A stretch of DNA of 64,000 nt from Lama guanicoe. Taxonomy: Eukaryota. The notes under the pieces are model-generated. The model saw nothing but the letters and a program-made list of their open reading frames with translations. It did no database searches and was not told the origin of the DNA. The stretch is from contig MU054925.1 of NCBI GenBank assembly GCA_013239625.1, positions 22,191,496 to 22,255,495 of the forward strand, in the 5' to 3' direction. The position numbers were made by a program, and so were the translations under genes. Position 1 is the first letter of the stretch; the number at the start of each line of letters is the position of its first letter. Positions 1 through 12,717 of this stretch are shown here, piece after piece.

Positions 1-1669
1 AATGTTGGTTTAGAGATTTATATATTTAGTTAGGTTAAAAATTAACTTCTGTCTTCATAGTTAAAAATAAAGAATAATATAACAATGGGAAAATACTCAG
101 TCATTACCAAATTTTTTTTTGTCTGAATGTTTTAGGTTAAAAAATTCTTAGTTGAATACTTTGCATGTATTTGTCATAAACCTCAGAGACACATTGTCAC
201 AAAAAGTTAACAAAGGATCATGGATTCAGACAATTATCAGAGCCTCTATTTTTCCTCTTTGCAAATAAATTTTCTTAGAATTTTTCTATGACATGAGAAA
301 GGCATGCTCACTGTAGGAGAATAAAGGAAAACAGAAATAAGAAGTAAAAGGAAAATAAAAAATTCATATCTTCACAATCCATAGATACTAAATTTTCATG
401 TTCACATACGCAACACATGTATTTTTAAAATTTGGATAATCCTGCCCCAGACTTGGTGAAAATCTTTCTATATGAGTATGTTTTCTTGTAGAACTTTATT
501 TTAGTTTGGTGTTTCATAAAATGAATGATTAAGAAAACCAGTTATCTGAGGTTAATTGTTGGCAAGACTGCCACTTTACTAAAATGTCAACCTAAAGCGG
601 TAAGGCTTTTTCAAAAGGACAAACCCAAAAGTTATCATAATAATGATTTTGTATTTGACAAAATTCAAGTTGTATCTGTAATATGCAAATTCTCAGAAAA
701 ACAGAGGAATCAAACACTGATTGTGGAGTACGTTTTCTGAGAAATGAGCACATGCAAGATTCTTACACTGCATATATCTTTGATTTGCACAGGAGGACCA
801 TCATTGTTTGCCAATAAAAATTCCTAGGGCTTCATCAAGTTTCTTGCTTTATTTGAAGCCTCTTCTGAGTCATCACCACCAATCTTCTGCAGTTGTTTAC
901 ACTCAGACTCTACAGATCTTTATTTGTCAACCTCTTTGTATGTGATTGGATGCTTCTCCCATATTATTTTTGCGGACTTAACAAATTCTGCATCTTATAA
1001 AAAGTTAATAATTTGCCTGTCCAAATGATTTTTTATTATTAGTATTGTTATTAATGTGAAATATGATTAGAACTATTTAAAGTAGCTGAAAATCTATAAG
1101 GGAATGAACAATTACTTGACAGTAAGAAAATTAAGATGTTAATGTAAAGTAGATAACCGATTAATTTTACAAATGATTAGTTTATTAGGTAATGTTTTCT
1201 GGTTGAAACTTTATTTATAGCTCACATTTATCTATTTTCTACTTGTAAAAGTGAGGCCTTCCTCACCATGAATTTCTAAATTTATCCCCATTGTTTGACA
1301 CTGAGATTCATACATTATAAACCGTATTTTTGTTCTTTTAAAAGATAATTATATTAGACTAAAGATACTAAATTTAAGATATTAATCTAAATTCATATAA
1401 ATAAAGTAATTCTTTACAAATTCTTTCTGACAGGGAAAAGTACAATGTAAAATTGTATGTCATTTTTTTGAAAGATTGGGTATAAACGAGTACATTCTTT
1501 TGAGGTTGATAGATTCTATACTCCCACTTCATGTGGACCTGTTAGATAGTATTGATACCCTTTGATAATCTAGCTCACCCATCACGTGTCTTCAGTTACT
1601 CAATAGTACTAATTTAGCTATAGAGGGATATGTATTTTTATCTCAGTATCTATAAATATAGAGAGAGCT

Positions 1670-1965
1670 TGCCTCCTCTTAAATGTCATATCCTCGCAAA
1701 GAATTTCCTGACCAACATATTTAAATTGATATAATATTGTTACGGTCTCTACTAGAACATATTTCCTTTGTTTCAGTTACTACAATGTGCAGATATATTT
1801 GTTTATTATTATGTATTTATTGTGTGTTTCCCCACTAGTCTGTAAGCAACGTAAGGGCAGACAACATGCTTAGTTTAGACATCAGTTTATTCCCTGATCA
1901 GAGTACTGTGACTTGTACGTGGCAGACACTTAATGAAGTGTTAAAAATTGATGGATGAGTGAATG
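1670..1965 (+). mobile_element. LINE-2 3' end remnant
   Basis: cccactagtctgtaagcaacgtaagggcag ... gatggatgagtgaatg resembles the L2 3' terminus with its (TGAA)-like tail. Confidence 0.7.
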
Positions 1966-2114
1966 GCGAAAGACTGCATGATCTGAAAACTAGTCATAAT
2001 ATAAAAGATTGACTGAATTTTTTTCTTGAGAGTTATGCTTAAGGACATTCTTATTTTATCCTGCTGTCATAAAGACTAAACCATCTTCTATTCTAATGAG
2101 GTATAACTGTTTAG

Positions 2115-2299
2115 TCCAGTCCCTGATATTAGTTGGAGGAGGTTGGATGGAAGCCCGTTGCCAGGGAAAGTCAAGTACAGCAAATCCCAAGCTATCCTTG
2201 AAATCCCGAACTTTCAACAGGAAGACGAAGGCTTCTATGAGTGCATTGCAGGCAACCTTCGAGGACGAAATCTTGCAAAGGGTCAACTCATTTTCTATG
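2115..2299 (+). CDS. CNTN6: CNTN6 exon (~exon 8), second part of Ig3
   Basis: tttag|T CCA GTC CCT GAT (N-PVPDISWRRLDGSPLPGK...YECIAGNLRGRNLAKGQLIFY) G|gtgagc; overlaps ORF 2143..2361. Confidence 0.93.
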
Positions 2300-4528
2300 G
2301 TGAGCTAAGAGAATTTCAAAAAGTATCTGAAATATTTGGTAATATAGTTCACTGTAGATAGTGAAAGTCATTAGTATGTCGTGGAAAAGTAGCATAGGAG
2401 AGAGACCATTTTTTAAATACAGCTTTTTCAGTATAGCCTATGTATGCTCTTGTTTATTATAACTGCCTTGAAAATATCAGCAGTGTCACACAAAACCCAT
2501 AAAAGTTTATAACACTAAGTAACAAGAAATTCAATATATTTCCCTTAAAACGTTCAGAAACTGCCTATGACAATCTTAATTATAATCCCAAGTAGATTTT
2601 GTAAAACAGAAGGAGAAAATGACAGGAGAAATAGAATGCTAAATGGTGGTTTTTAGTATGTGTTTATATTTCCCATATTTGTCTACGCATATGTAGGTAA
2701 GAGAAAAGTAATCACTTCCCTTAAAAAATACATTTGCCTCAATTACCAGAATCCTTCATGAAGAGAAATGATAAAAGCAAACATTTTCTAAAAATTGCCT
2801 TTATGTCTTCTTTCATCCAGGCCAAAAAGACACATTTGCATGACAGTTCCTTTTTTTTTTTTTTTTGCATGAAATAAACCATAAAATACACCTCACAATA
2901 TCCAAATGGTCAGTGCTTTTAAAATAGTCTTAACTCCTTTGCTAAATTTATTACATCTGTACTAGGGGACTTTTTAAAACTGTATTTATACATGGCCAAA
3001 AGTCATTTTTATTGTGAGATGTTTATATGTGACATGCTTACGTTATAATCAATGATAAAGGAAAAAATATTTTGATAGCTAGAAAAGTCTAAGGTATTGT
3101 AATTACCTTGAAAGACTGCTGATTGAGTTTATATACATATTCTTTTGATAGAATATCTGGAATTTGGCATCCTTTGTAAATAAAAATAGTAAGGATGCAA
3201 CTGGGAGTTTTTTAGTGGCACCAAGACACTACAGGCTTTGGCTAGTTTTAAATTTCTATTAGACAAATATATAGCCAAAAGATAAATCAGAAAATGGAAG
3301 CACCTATAAACTGAAAATCAATAATAAAGTACTTTCACATTGATAAAGCAACTGTTAGCTTACATAGATTTTATAAATATTAATTCATATGACTTTTATA
3401 AGCAATATTATAGGTAAGTAACTTTTGATGAGTTGAACAAGAACTCACAGATAATGTTCGTCAGATCCAAGATGAAAACCTTGAAACATCTGAAAAATAC
3501 ACTCTTTCCAGTCTACCATAGCTCTTCAACATGGTGATCTAAGTCCATTCATATGACATCTTGTCACAATCAAATTATCCTTGTAATGACTCAAAATGGT
3601 CTTTGTGGGGAAATAATGGACAATTGGTCAATAAGACAAAATTATGTTTCTTGGTCACCTATTAATTTAGTTTTCAATGTGTTTCCAAAGGAGCAGAAAA
3701 TTGACTCAATTATTTGAGAGTTGAATAATACTTGAAAATTTGAAGAGAAGAATCTCAGTCTCATTTGTTGCTGTGTTAAGTTATAATTCAGAACCCTATC
3801 CCTCTGTTTTGCATCTTTAAAACCTCCAAAGTAAGTTTATAAAGTAATATTTTCCTTATAGAAAATGGAACTCATTCAGAGGAGTTAAGTGAGTTATATA
3901 GTCAAAGATAGGGGGGAAAAAATCTAAAACTCAAGCCCATATGGCAAAAATCCTAACTTTTTTTTCTTCATATAGTTGGTTCCTACACAGTCAAAAAATT
4001 TAAAACTTTGTTCTTCAGAATCCTAAGCATCCAAAGAATGTACACATTAAATAGATAAATATGGTTTAACGTTATCTTACTGCATTAAGCAACAAACCAT
4101 ATATATCTCAAAATCCTTTAAGGTATGTGGATTTTTATGAGTATGCATTTCTTCTCCCAGGTCAAACATATATTAGGACAACTTCTAAATAATTATCTAC
4201 AAATTATAAAATATGTTAATAATAAATAGAAACATGACTCAGTTTCATCAGTATGCCCAGTGCTTCTAAGTGTTGCCTTGACTTATCCCCCAAGGCTGAG
4301 AAAAGCATATTCTATAACTGGAAGTTGCCCTGATTTCCACAGGAGATGTAATTCTAGGGTTAGTTTTCACCAGTGGAGCATCATGATCCCTTCTTCTCAA
4401 TGACTACCTCTCTGAAGGACCTTCTATCTTTGTGGAAACAGATACTACAATGGAAGAATCCTGTAAGTCAGACACACTTGTACACTATTTCAAAGACTCT
4501 CAGTAACACTTCTTGCTCCAACCACTGC

Positions 4529-4975
4529 TGTAGTGACCAGTTCATTACTGTGCTTTGCAGGTATATCCTGAGAGTCCTGTCTCAGGTACCACATTAAGGC
4601 AATCTTGTTTCATGCTCTCGTCTTTTGGCCCCTTCAAGAACTTAATCAAGCACTTGAGCACACACAACCTTTATGTGCTAATAGTGAATGCCTCTACTGC
4701 CCCTGAATGACTGTGGACAAGAACCAGTGAATAAATGCTTCCTCTTCCTTTCCTTGGATAGGTAGTTATAGAGACTTCTTAGACACTCACAGTGGATGGA
4801 GTAATAATGGTCCATATCAGTGGTCAACTCAGTAACTCAACCTTGCGTTGCCATTTTCCTTCCCCGTCGACTTCTGTTAACTCTCCCTTTTCCTGACACC
4901 TTATACTGGGCCAGCATTCCTAAACAAACAACCCAAACACAAACCCTTGACTTAGGCTCTGCTTTCAGGGTTCAA
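4529..4975 (+). mobile_element. ERVL-class solo LTR (LTR16-like)
   Basis: 3' end ...cctaaacaaacaacccaaacacaaacccttgacttaggctctgctttcaggg resembles LTR16 ends. Confidence 0.55.
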
Positions 4976-5944
4976 ATTTAAGCTTCCCTATTTTCTAACT
5001 ATGTCTTCATAAGCAGTTAACCTAACACCTGTGCAAAAAAATCCTCTCCAAAAGGTTGGAAGAATTACGTGCAATTACACATGTGAAACATCTAGCTTGT
5101 AATGGGCTGAGATTCTAAAGGAAGATGCATCCACACCAGCCTATCCAGAATAAACCTAAATAAAGGAGAGGAATTAAATGGCTAACCCAGGAAGTTTAGA
5201 AGGAATATTATTTTTAAAACATTTAATTTATGCCCTGTTTCCATGAATGATAGTAAGGTTAATACTACCTTATACCTAAATAATATTTTAACACCAATTA
5301 TACCAGTTACTTTTTGCTTCAGTACTACATAAAACTTTTTCAGATTAGAAAATAAGGTTTTGAAAAATGCACTTCCAGGATTAGAGTTAGGTGCTTAACC
5401 TATATAGAACACTAAAAGTCCTTATTCCCTTTCAAGAATTTTATCTAGGGGGAAAAAAAAACTGGATTATAATTCTACTAAAACGTGATAAAGTTGATAT
5501 TGATTTATGCTTCAAACTGTTGGACTGTAATTATATTGGATATAGATACAATTATTTTCATTAGTTCAATTCAAATATAATGCATGGCCTTTTGCCCATA
5601 GGGGGTTCATACTTGACACCTATTTTCTAACGTGATCTATGTACTAATATTTAGCATGGAATTTCTGGCCTTGTTCCCCCAACTCCCAAGTGGTTATATA
5701 GATGCAGCAAAACAACAAATGGCAAACATCTATCTAAAGCCAAAGGCCCATTGATATTTACACCAGGATTTCTGTTGCTCCACTTTAGGAGTCCTGCATT
5801 TCCCTTCCCTCAAATCACATGTATACAGTACTACAGGACACAGTGAGCCTTGTCCTTCTGATATCTTAGAGTCCTCGGAACGTAGCATAATGTCTTGGTT
5901 AACTCACTTGCCAAATAGTTTGTTCTTATCTCTTTTTGAAACAG

Positions 5945-6081
5945 CCCCTCCAGAATGGGAACAAAAAATCCACAATACATACTTGTCAATCTATGACAGC
6001 TTGTTTTGGGAATGCAAAGCTAGTGGAAAGCCTAACCCTTGGTACACGTGGTTAAAGAATGGTGAACGCCTCAATCCAGAG
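5945..6081 (+). CDS. CNTN6: CNTN6 exon (~exon 9), first half of Ig4
   Basis: acag|CC CCT CCA GAA TGG (APPEWEQKIHNTYLSIYDSLFWECKASGKPNPWYTWLKNGERLNPE)|gtaagc. Confidence 0.95.
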
Positions 6082-6149
6082 GTAAGCAACTATGCTGATG
6101 TTGAACATTCACCTGCTCTGCTAGGGAAGCTGTGTCACTGACTGCAATA

Positions 6150-6340
6150 ACTAAGGTTTTTGCAGTGTCCAGTAGGTGCCAGGAAATGAGGTATAATCTT
6201 TACCTACACTAATTTATTTAATCCTTAAACAACTCAAAGTGGCTACTAACATTATCCTAATTTTTCAGATGAGAAAACTAAGGATAGAGATAGAGAAGGC
6301 AATTTGTATAAGATCACTCATTAGTCAGTGACTGATCCAC
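6150..6340 (-). mobile_element. MIR SINE remnant
   Basis: Reverse MIR core: atttaatccttaaacaac...ttttcagatgagaaaactaagg. Confidence 0.7.
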
Positions 6341-6348
6341 TTTCAGAT

Positions 6349-6420
6349 GTCATCATCATCACCACCACCACTACCATCATTATCATCATCGTCATCATCA
6401 CCATCATCACCATCAGCATC
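6349..6420. repeat. Imperfect (CAT/CAC)n trinucleotide microsatellite at a MIR tail
   Basis: catcatcatcaccaccaccactaccatcattatcatcatc... Confidence 0.9.
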
Positions 6421-6660
6421 CATTGAACTCTCATATGAGTCAGGCCTTGTGTTAAATATTTTTTCTATGCATTATCTTACTGTATCCTCCTGACAATTTC
6501 ATGAGAGAGATATGAATATTCTATTTACATAGACTAAGACAATTGGTTTCAGAGAGGTTAAGTCATTTGTCCAAGGTCATGCAGCTGCTAGTAAATATTA
6601 GAATTAGTATTCTAAACATAATCTGTCTGATTCCAGTACTCAAGCTCTTAATCATTACCC
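6421..6660 (-). mobile_element. MIR SINE, near full length
   Basis: cagagaggttaagtcatttgtccaaggtcatgcagct ... tctgtctgattccagtactcaagctcttaatcatta. Confidence 0.8.
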
Positions 6661-7634
6661 AGTATCTTGCTTTTATGAAAACTAATGACTGTCTCTAAAC
6701 CTAGGAAAGTGGAAAACTGAGGCAGTTATCCACATTTTTTAAGCTAAAGCACACTTTATTCTATAGTATACAGAAAATAAGACAAAGTCATTTTTTCCAT
6801 AAAATTATCCAAATAATTGTGTTAATTCTCCACTTTACTTTGCACTTATAGGTACAGGCAGACACACAAAGAACATCTGTTGTTTAGAAGATGAATAGAA
6901 TGCTATTCTTTGCTTCGGCTTTATTGCAATTTAATTCCTGCATGTCTTTTGCATATTACAGTCCCTGTTTCCTCCAGACTTCTTTTATTATCTTTAGAGG
7001 ATGGTAATAGGTACCCTGAAATATTTAAAATTGTATTTGCACTATTAAACTTTTTCATTATATATGCTCAGAATTGTACTTCCATACCCAAAATGGGACT
7101 CTGTAACAGATTTTGGCTGTTTAAGTATACTTTATAGTGTGCTGCAGAAAAGAAGAATTTAGCTCTTCCAACTTATTACTCAATTAAAGAATTATCAAGT
7201 CATCACATTTTAAGTCTTTTTGAGATCTTGTGATAGAAAGCCAAGAAATTTTCTAATCAATATATCTATGTCTAACATTATTATCAACTATGTTTTCTGG
7301 AAAATTGGAATGGTAGTGTTCCAAATTATTTTGTATACCATATAACAGAAAGGTAACATATATTCTACACAGAGAATGTAAATTTTCAAAGAAATGGGAT
7401 AACACAAAATACATTAACTAGTAAAATTATAAAAAGAATATTTTCTTTTTTTTTAAACTTCAGAAAGCTGCTCAGGATCTTGAAGTATATTAAGCTCATC
7501 TTTACAAGCAACAGTTCTCATACACCAAAATATCATTAACACATAGATATGCAAAAATGTTTAATGATGTATTCTGGTTAAGAGAATGCCTATATTAACA
7601 CACTAGCATCTTTACATGACTTTTCTTTTATTAG

Positions 7635-7764
7635 GAAAGAATTCAAATAGAAAATGGGACACTTATCATAACTATGCTGAATGTGTCAGATTCTGGTATC
7701 TACCAATGTACTGCAGAAAACAAATATCAGATAATTTATGCAAATGCAGAATTGAGAGTATTAG
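7635..7764 (+). CDS. CNTN6: CNTN6 exon (~exon 10), second half of Ig4
   Basis: ttttattag|GAA AGA ATT (ERIQIENGTLIITMLNVSDSGIYQCTAENKYQIIYANAELRVL) G|gtaagt; absent from ORF track, translated by hand. Confidence 0.95.
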
Positions 7765-8039
7765 GTAAGTCATTCATTTATAACCCAATTCAAAATGACA
7801 TTTTAGCAAGCTATGATTATATGTAATATGAATCCAATTTTCCTGTAAATTAGAGATTGCTTTTCCTTGAAATAATGAGAAATGTCTAAATTAGCTTCTA
7901 AAACTTGGAAGGTGTGAATTATTATTCTGCTTGGGCAGTGCACTGGAGGAGCCCACTATTAGGAGCACTGAAACCAGAAGAGGCTACTATAAAGTTGATC
8001 CCAGTATAAAGTTTTGGATACAATTTAAAAAGTATCCAC

Positions 8040-8465
8040 TAGGAATGTTTTCAGCTGTAAATAAAAACATTAAAAAAAGAAAGTCTCAATTTATAGTGAT
8101 TTAGAGAGGAATCTGTTTTATCTCAAGAACTTCAAGGGGGATGGCTAAGCAACAGAACCATGACTTGATGTTATTCTTTAAACTTTTCCCTCACACTTGT
8201 CACCCCTGGTTCCAAAATGACTGCTGTAGCTACAGAAATCAAGTCCATACTCAAAGCAGAAGAGGGAGGAGACAGAATTGATCACATCTATCCCTTTCAA
8301 CAGAAAAGCAAAATTACCCTTTTAGGTCATTGGCTAGAAATCTGCCATGTGATCACCCAGACCTCAAGGGGAGCTGGGGAAACAAGCCTCTGTTGGAAAA
8401 TGTTGAGACAGAAGCAGCTTTAGGATGATATTTTGGGACAACCAACCAGCGGTGTCTGTCACTGT
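8040..8465 (-). mobile_element. Old MaLR LTR (MLT1-like)
   Basis: ccaaaatgactgctgtagct, tcattggctagaa...catgtgatcacc, gacaaccaaccagcggtgtctgtcac resemble reverse MLT1J/K-type LTR. Confidence 0.6.
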
Positions 8466-8574
8466 AAATGATTAATTGATATCTTTAATTCTAAGGTTTT
8501 CTTAGTGGTACGAAGACCAGAGATGATAGGAAGAACCGAGCAAAAAGACAAAATTTCATGTGCTTATGGGTGAC

Positions 8575-9300
8575 AGACATTGATTCATTTGTTTATTCAT
8601 TCAATCACTACTATTTATTGAATATTTATTAGGTACTAAGCACCTAAAACATAATAATCAATAATAAAGTGAGGGTGGTGGAGGGTGGGAAGGGATAGAC
8701 TGGGATTTCAAAATTGTAGAATAGATAAACAAGATTACACTGTATAGCACAGGGAAATATACACAAAATGTTATGATAACTCACAGAGAAAAAAATGTGA
8801 CAATGAGTGTGTATATGTCCATGAATGACTGAAAAATTGTGCTGAACATTGGAATTTGACACAACATTGTAAAATGATTATACATCAATAAAAAAATGTT
8901 AAAAAAATACTAAAGTGACCTTCACCTTCATAGAACCTGTAGTTCCACAGAGGTTAAAAAAAAAAAAGCTAAACTTTAAAATATCATGATTGTGGTCAAG
9001 AATTGAGAAAGTGTTACCAGACCTCATAGTGAGTTGAACATAACCTAGATTAAAGACATTCTCTTCAAGCTGAGATCAGAAGAAAAAGCATGCACAGGTC
9101 AGTGACAGGGCACAGAAGCTATACCTGAAATGCCCAGAAGCAAGTGAGCATAGCATATCTGAAAGAATTTCAGTTCACATAGACTTAAGCCTAGGAATGG
9201 GAACTGGACCTACTGGTTCCCACATGCATGGAGCTGGAGAGACTTGGATGCACCTCAGACAGTCTAATAACTTATCACCCTTATGAACTGGTATTTGTTC
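8575..9300 (-). mobile_element. LINE-2 3' portion, interrupted by a younger L1
   Basis: ttcatttgtttattcattcaat...tatttattgaat tail; L2-like sequence resumes after 8918 (ccttcaccttcatagaacctgtagttcc). Confidence 0.6.
8673..8905 (+). mobile_element. 5'-truncated young L1 3' end (cetartiodactyl/camelid-type) with target-site duplication
   Basis: G-rich start, ctgtatagcacagggaaatatacacaa, acaacattgtaaaatgattatacatcaataaaaaaa; flanking aataataaagtga (8660-8672) / aatactaaagtga (8906-8918). Confidence 0.85.
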
Positions 9301-9340
9301 AACATTTATTTAGTGAGGACAAAGTTGAAACTGACAAAGA

Positions 9341-9390
9341 TTTTTTTTTAAGTTTCTACTCAGCTTTTTTTTTTTAAGTTTCTATTCAGC
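9341..9390. repeat. Imperfect two-copy tandem duplication (Tn-aagtttctaYtcagc)
   Basis: T9 aagtttctactcagc, then T11 aagtttctattcagc. Confidence 0.85.
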
Positions 9391-9727
9391 TTGCCTGCTT
9401 CAACAGAAGGCAGACTATTTCCATTTTGCTAGTTAAAGGAATGTCTGATGAAATCTGAAGTAATAGTACAGTATTTCTGATTTATTTCAGAAGTATTTCA
9501 TTGTCATATATATATTCATGTTTAGGCTCATTACTTTGGTTAGAATAGATTACTGATTTCCCTAATCAAGGTTAAAATTCCATCTTCTGTCTCTTACAGA
9601 GCTATCTTCACCCTCTTTATTATAAATGTTATTAAGAATTCGACTTTTTTTAATATATTACTTCTTCCCTCACACCAGCTTGCTTTTTGCTTGTTATTGC
9701 AAAAACTAGCACCAAAACAAAAATAAA

Positions 9728-9900
9728 TTATGTTTATTGAGCACATACTTTGTGCCAGGCACTAAGCTATCCTTTTTATTGATTATTACCTCATTTAACC
9801 CCTACACTAATTTTCTGAGATAATATCTATTGTTACTTTCATTTTACAAATGGAAAGAGTGATTCCAAAATGCCAAGTCCGTACCTAGCCTGGCAACTCC
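9728..9900 (-). mobile_element. MIR SINE remnant
   Basis: tttattgagcacatactttgtgccaggcactaagct...ctcatttaacccc...cattttacaaatgg. Confidence 0.8.
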
Positions 9901-10024
9901 TTGAGCAAAGTAGCTTATAAGAGTTTTGGTTACAAATATTAGATTCTATCTAGTATACCACATTACTTCTTGAGTTACTGCATGTTAATTGACTCATTTA
10001 ACAATTTTGTAATTTTGTTTTTAG

Positions 10025-10175
10025 CTTCAGCTCCTGATTTCTCCAAAAATCCTATTAAAAAAAATTCAGTTGTTCAAGTTGGTGGAGATATTGCTATCGA
10101 ATGCAAACCGAATGCTTTCCCTAGGGCTACTATTTCCTGGAGAAGAGGAATGGAGAGCCTGAGACAAAGCAAAAG
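10025..10175 (+). CDS. CNTN6: CNTN6 exon (~exon 11), first half of Ig5
   Basis: tttttag|CT TCA GCT CCT (ASAPDFSKNPIKKNSVVQVGGDIAIECKPNAFPRATISWRRGMESLRQSK) AG|gtaaaa. Confidence 0.93.
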
Positions 10176-12644
10176 GTAAAAAAAATCTCTTCTGTTTAAA
10201 CATTTTGAAAAATTTTGTAATACAGTATCTTCCAAATTTTTAGAGTTTACTAGGTCTTCCAAAATTCCCTCCCTTATAGTAAACTTAAAACTGCATATCC
10301 AGAGATACCAAACATTTTCCTATGATGGCTAAAAATAGAAGGATCTTATAAGGCTAAGAGCTGTATGTAATTTGCAGTATTTTCAGTGCATGTACTTGTA
10401 ACAGATATATTTTTAAAAATCCTTTAAGACCTCTTTTCTATATCCAGCTTGAAGCCTTTTTTCTGAACCAGCCTGCTGAGAAATTAGTGAGAAGAGCATT
10501 ACACAAAGGAGAGGGACACTCATACTCACACACCTGTTATTGTGGTTTTTAAATAGTCACACATGTGTTCACCCTATGAAAAAATGATTTCACCCCATTA
10601 AAAAAATGTAGAGAGATTCCTATAGAGAAAGAATAGAGGTTTCCTTTGATTATGGATGTGGCTGAGAAATCCTGGAGTCGCATTGGCATGGTTTCTAGGG
10701 GAGTACTGACAGAGCAAAACAGGTCTTTTTCTCTACTTGCAATACATTTCATTCCATTGGGCTGTAGAACCCTGTATACCCAGAGCTGACAAGACTACAG
10801 TTGCCACTCTATTTTAATGACCCATGTATGTTACTGTGTGATCAGATATACAGTGGGGGTACTATTATGAATTAGCTATGTGCTGAAGATATGAAAATGG
10901 TTCAGTGAGCACTTCTTCAGAATCGTATGTGTCATGAACTTACACACCTATCAGGCAGGTAACAGAAAGGCCAAATGAAAGAAAAGACAACAAAAGTGTG
11001 ATGAAAAAATGGCAATCTGTGAATCCTGGACGACAGTGAAGGACTGGAGAGTGAGTTTCACACCTAAATGAGACAGTCATCACTGAGTTCAATGGTTGTT
11101 CTGGTGGAAGGTTCTACCTAGGTTGTAGAATCTCAAACATTTCAAGTTAAGTTGTACGTCTGAATTTTGGCAATGAATCTTCTGAGCCAGAAAAAAAGTC
11201 CACAGGCTAGATGCAGGAAAACCATTTTGCCCTTTCTGATCTCAGATGGCATTTGTGATCAAGGATGAGAGAAAAAAAGACGTTGAAACAAACAAACAGT
11301 GTTGATTGTGTAGAATGTTATCATGGTTTTACCTGCTACTTGGCAGACCCTCCTCTGACATGATGAGATACACAAGAGAAAGCCCCTTGTAAGGCACTCT
11401 TCCTTTACTCTCTGCTGTCTCCTAGAGTCTCTATTGTTTCCAAGTGAAAGTCTTCCCAGGACAGGGATTCTGTCAAATTTATCCCTGTATGCCCTGTGCA
11501 TTGCCACAGAACCCACACTCAATAAAGATCTGCAGAATGAAGGACTGTTATCAAAAAGGATGAAAATGTAAGGCATTATCAGCTTTAGAGAAAGGCTATT
11601 CTGGAAAGAAATGCCTTAAGACTTAAAAACAGATGCTTGGAAACCAAAGGTAAAAAGAAAGATGATAGGAAAACTGGTGCCCTGGCTCCACATGGGTTCC
11701 TTCCTCTATACAGACTTCTGGGGAGATTATGGCAAGCACTCCCAACAGACTTGGATGTGTATTTTCTTTAAATCCTAATCAAGGTTTAAATACACTGCTG
11801 TAGAACAGGAAAACTCAAGAGATCCCACATCATCAGAGGCTCTGTACTGAGGGTTGGGATAAATTGATTAGATCTGCCTCACTGACTAAAGTGACTGTAG
11901 GTTTTCACCTAAGGAGCAAGAATGACTGTTGTTTACCTTCTTTAACCTTTAAAGACCCAATGCAAGGTATGTGGGGAGGAGAAAGAGAAGGGAGGGGATT
12001 TAGATGAAGATAAGAAAATGAGGGAAAAAAGTTTTGGAGGGTACAAGGAAAGCTGCTTTTCAGAACAGGTTTTTGGGGTTTTGTTTTATTTTGTTTTGCC
12101 TTGGAAAGAATGAATTTGGGATCTTATTGGCCTCAGAACAATTACTGATAGTTATATCAGATTCAGCATTGTTTCACTGTGATTAAAGGAATGGCTCATG
12201 TGATTTTTATTTACAGATCCTTCTGTCATAATTCTATTCACTCACTGCTTTAGAATTTTATTACAGGTTTCAGCACAGCAAACAAAATTGTCCCCTGAAC
12301 ATGCATCCTAAAAAGCTAGGGGGAAAAAAAATACGCCCCAGCAGAAGCATGGTAATTACAGACGTATATCTCTGCCAGGTATAGAAGACCTTAAGCAGTA
12401 ATTTGCAAAGGTCACACACAGCCCGCTCTGTAAGACTTTGTGTTTCTGCATGCTTCCTTTCTATCCTGTCCCCTCTTCTGTTGCCTTCTGAGATGACTGG
12501 TTTCATTAAGTGCATGACTTCAAGCTGCTTGTTGGGAAATGAAGCTGATAGTCTTCTATTTGTGTGGGCCTCACGGCTTTTTTGTAGTCTTATCATGGTG
12601 ATTTCCAAACAGGTTGAAGGTAAAAATTAGAGCAGTGATAAAAA

Positions 12645-12717
12645 GGAAGGAAGGCAGGCAGGCAAGGAGGGAGGAAGGGAGGGAGGAAGGGAGGGAGGGA
12701 AGTAGGAGGGAAGGAGG
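12645..12717. repeat. (GGAA/GGAG)n polypurine tract
   Basis: ggaaggaaggcaggcaggcaaggagggaggaagggagggaggaagggagggagggaag. Confidence 0.9.

Noticed and set aside
2837-2871. Paired TGCATG (RBFOX) motifs downstream of exon 8 (another at 49660)
   Set aside because: The hexamer is frequent across the window and the nearby exons appear constitutive; not supportable without conservation data.
6349-6420. Poly-His-like coding repeat or extra exon
   Set aside because: Intronic microsatellite at a MIR tail; no convincing splice sites, and exons 9 and 10 join in frame without it.
11259-12630. 105-112 aa antisense ORFs (and 54635..55009 on +) as nested genes
   Set aside because: No recognisable domains, low-complexity or repeat overlap, and lengths expected by chance.
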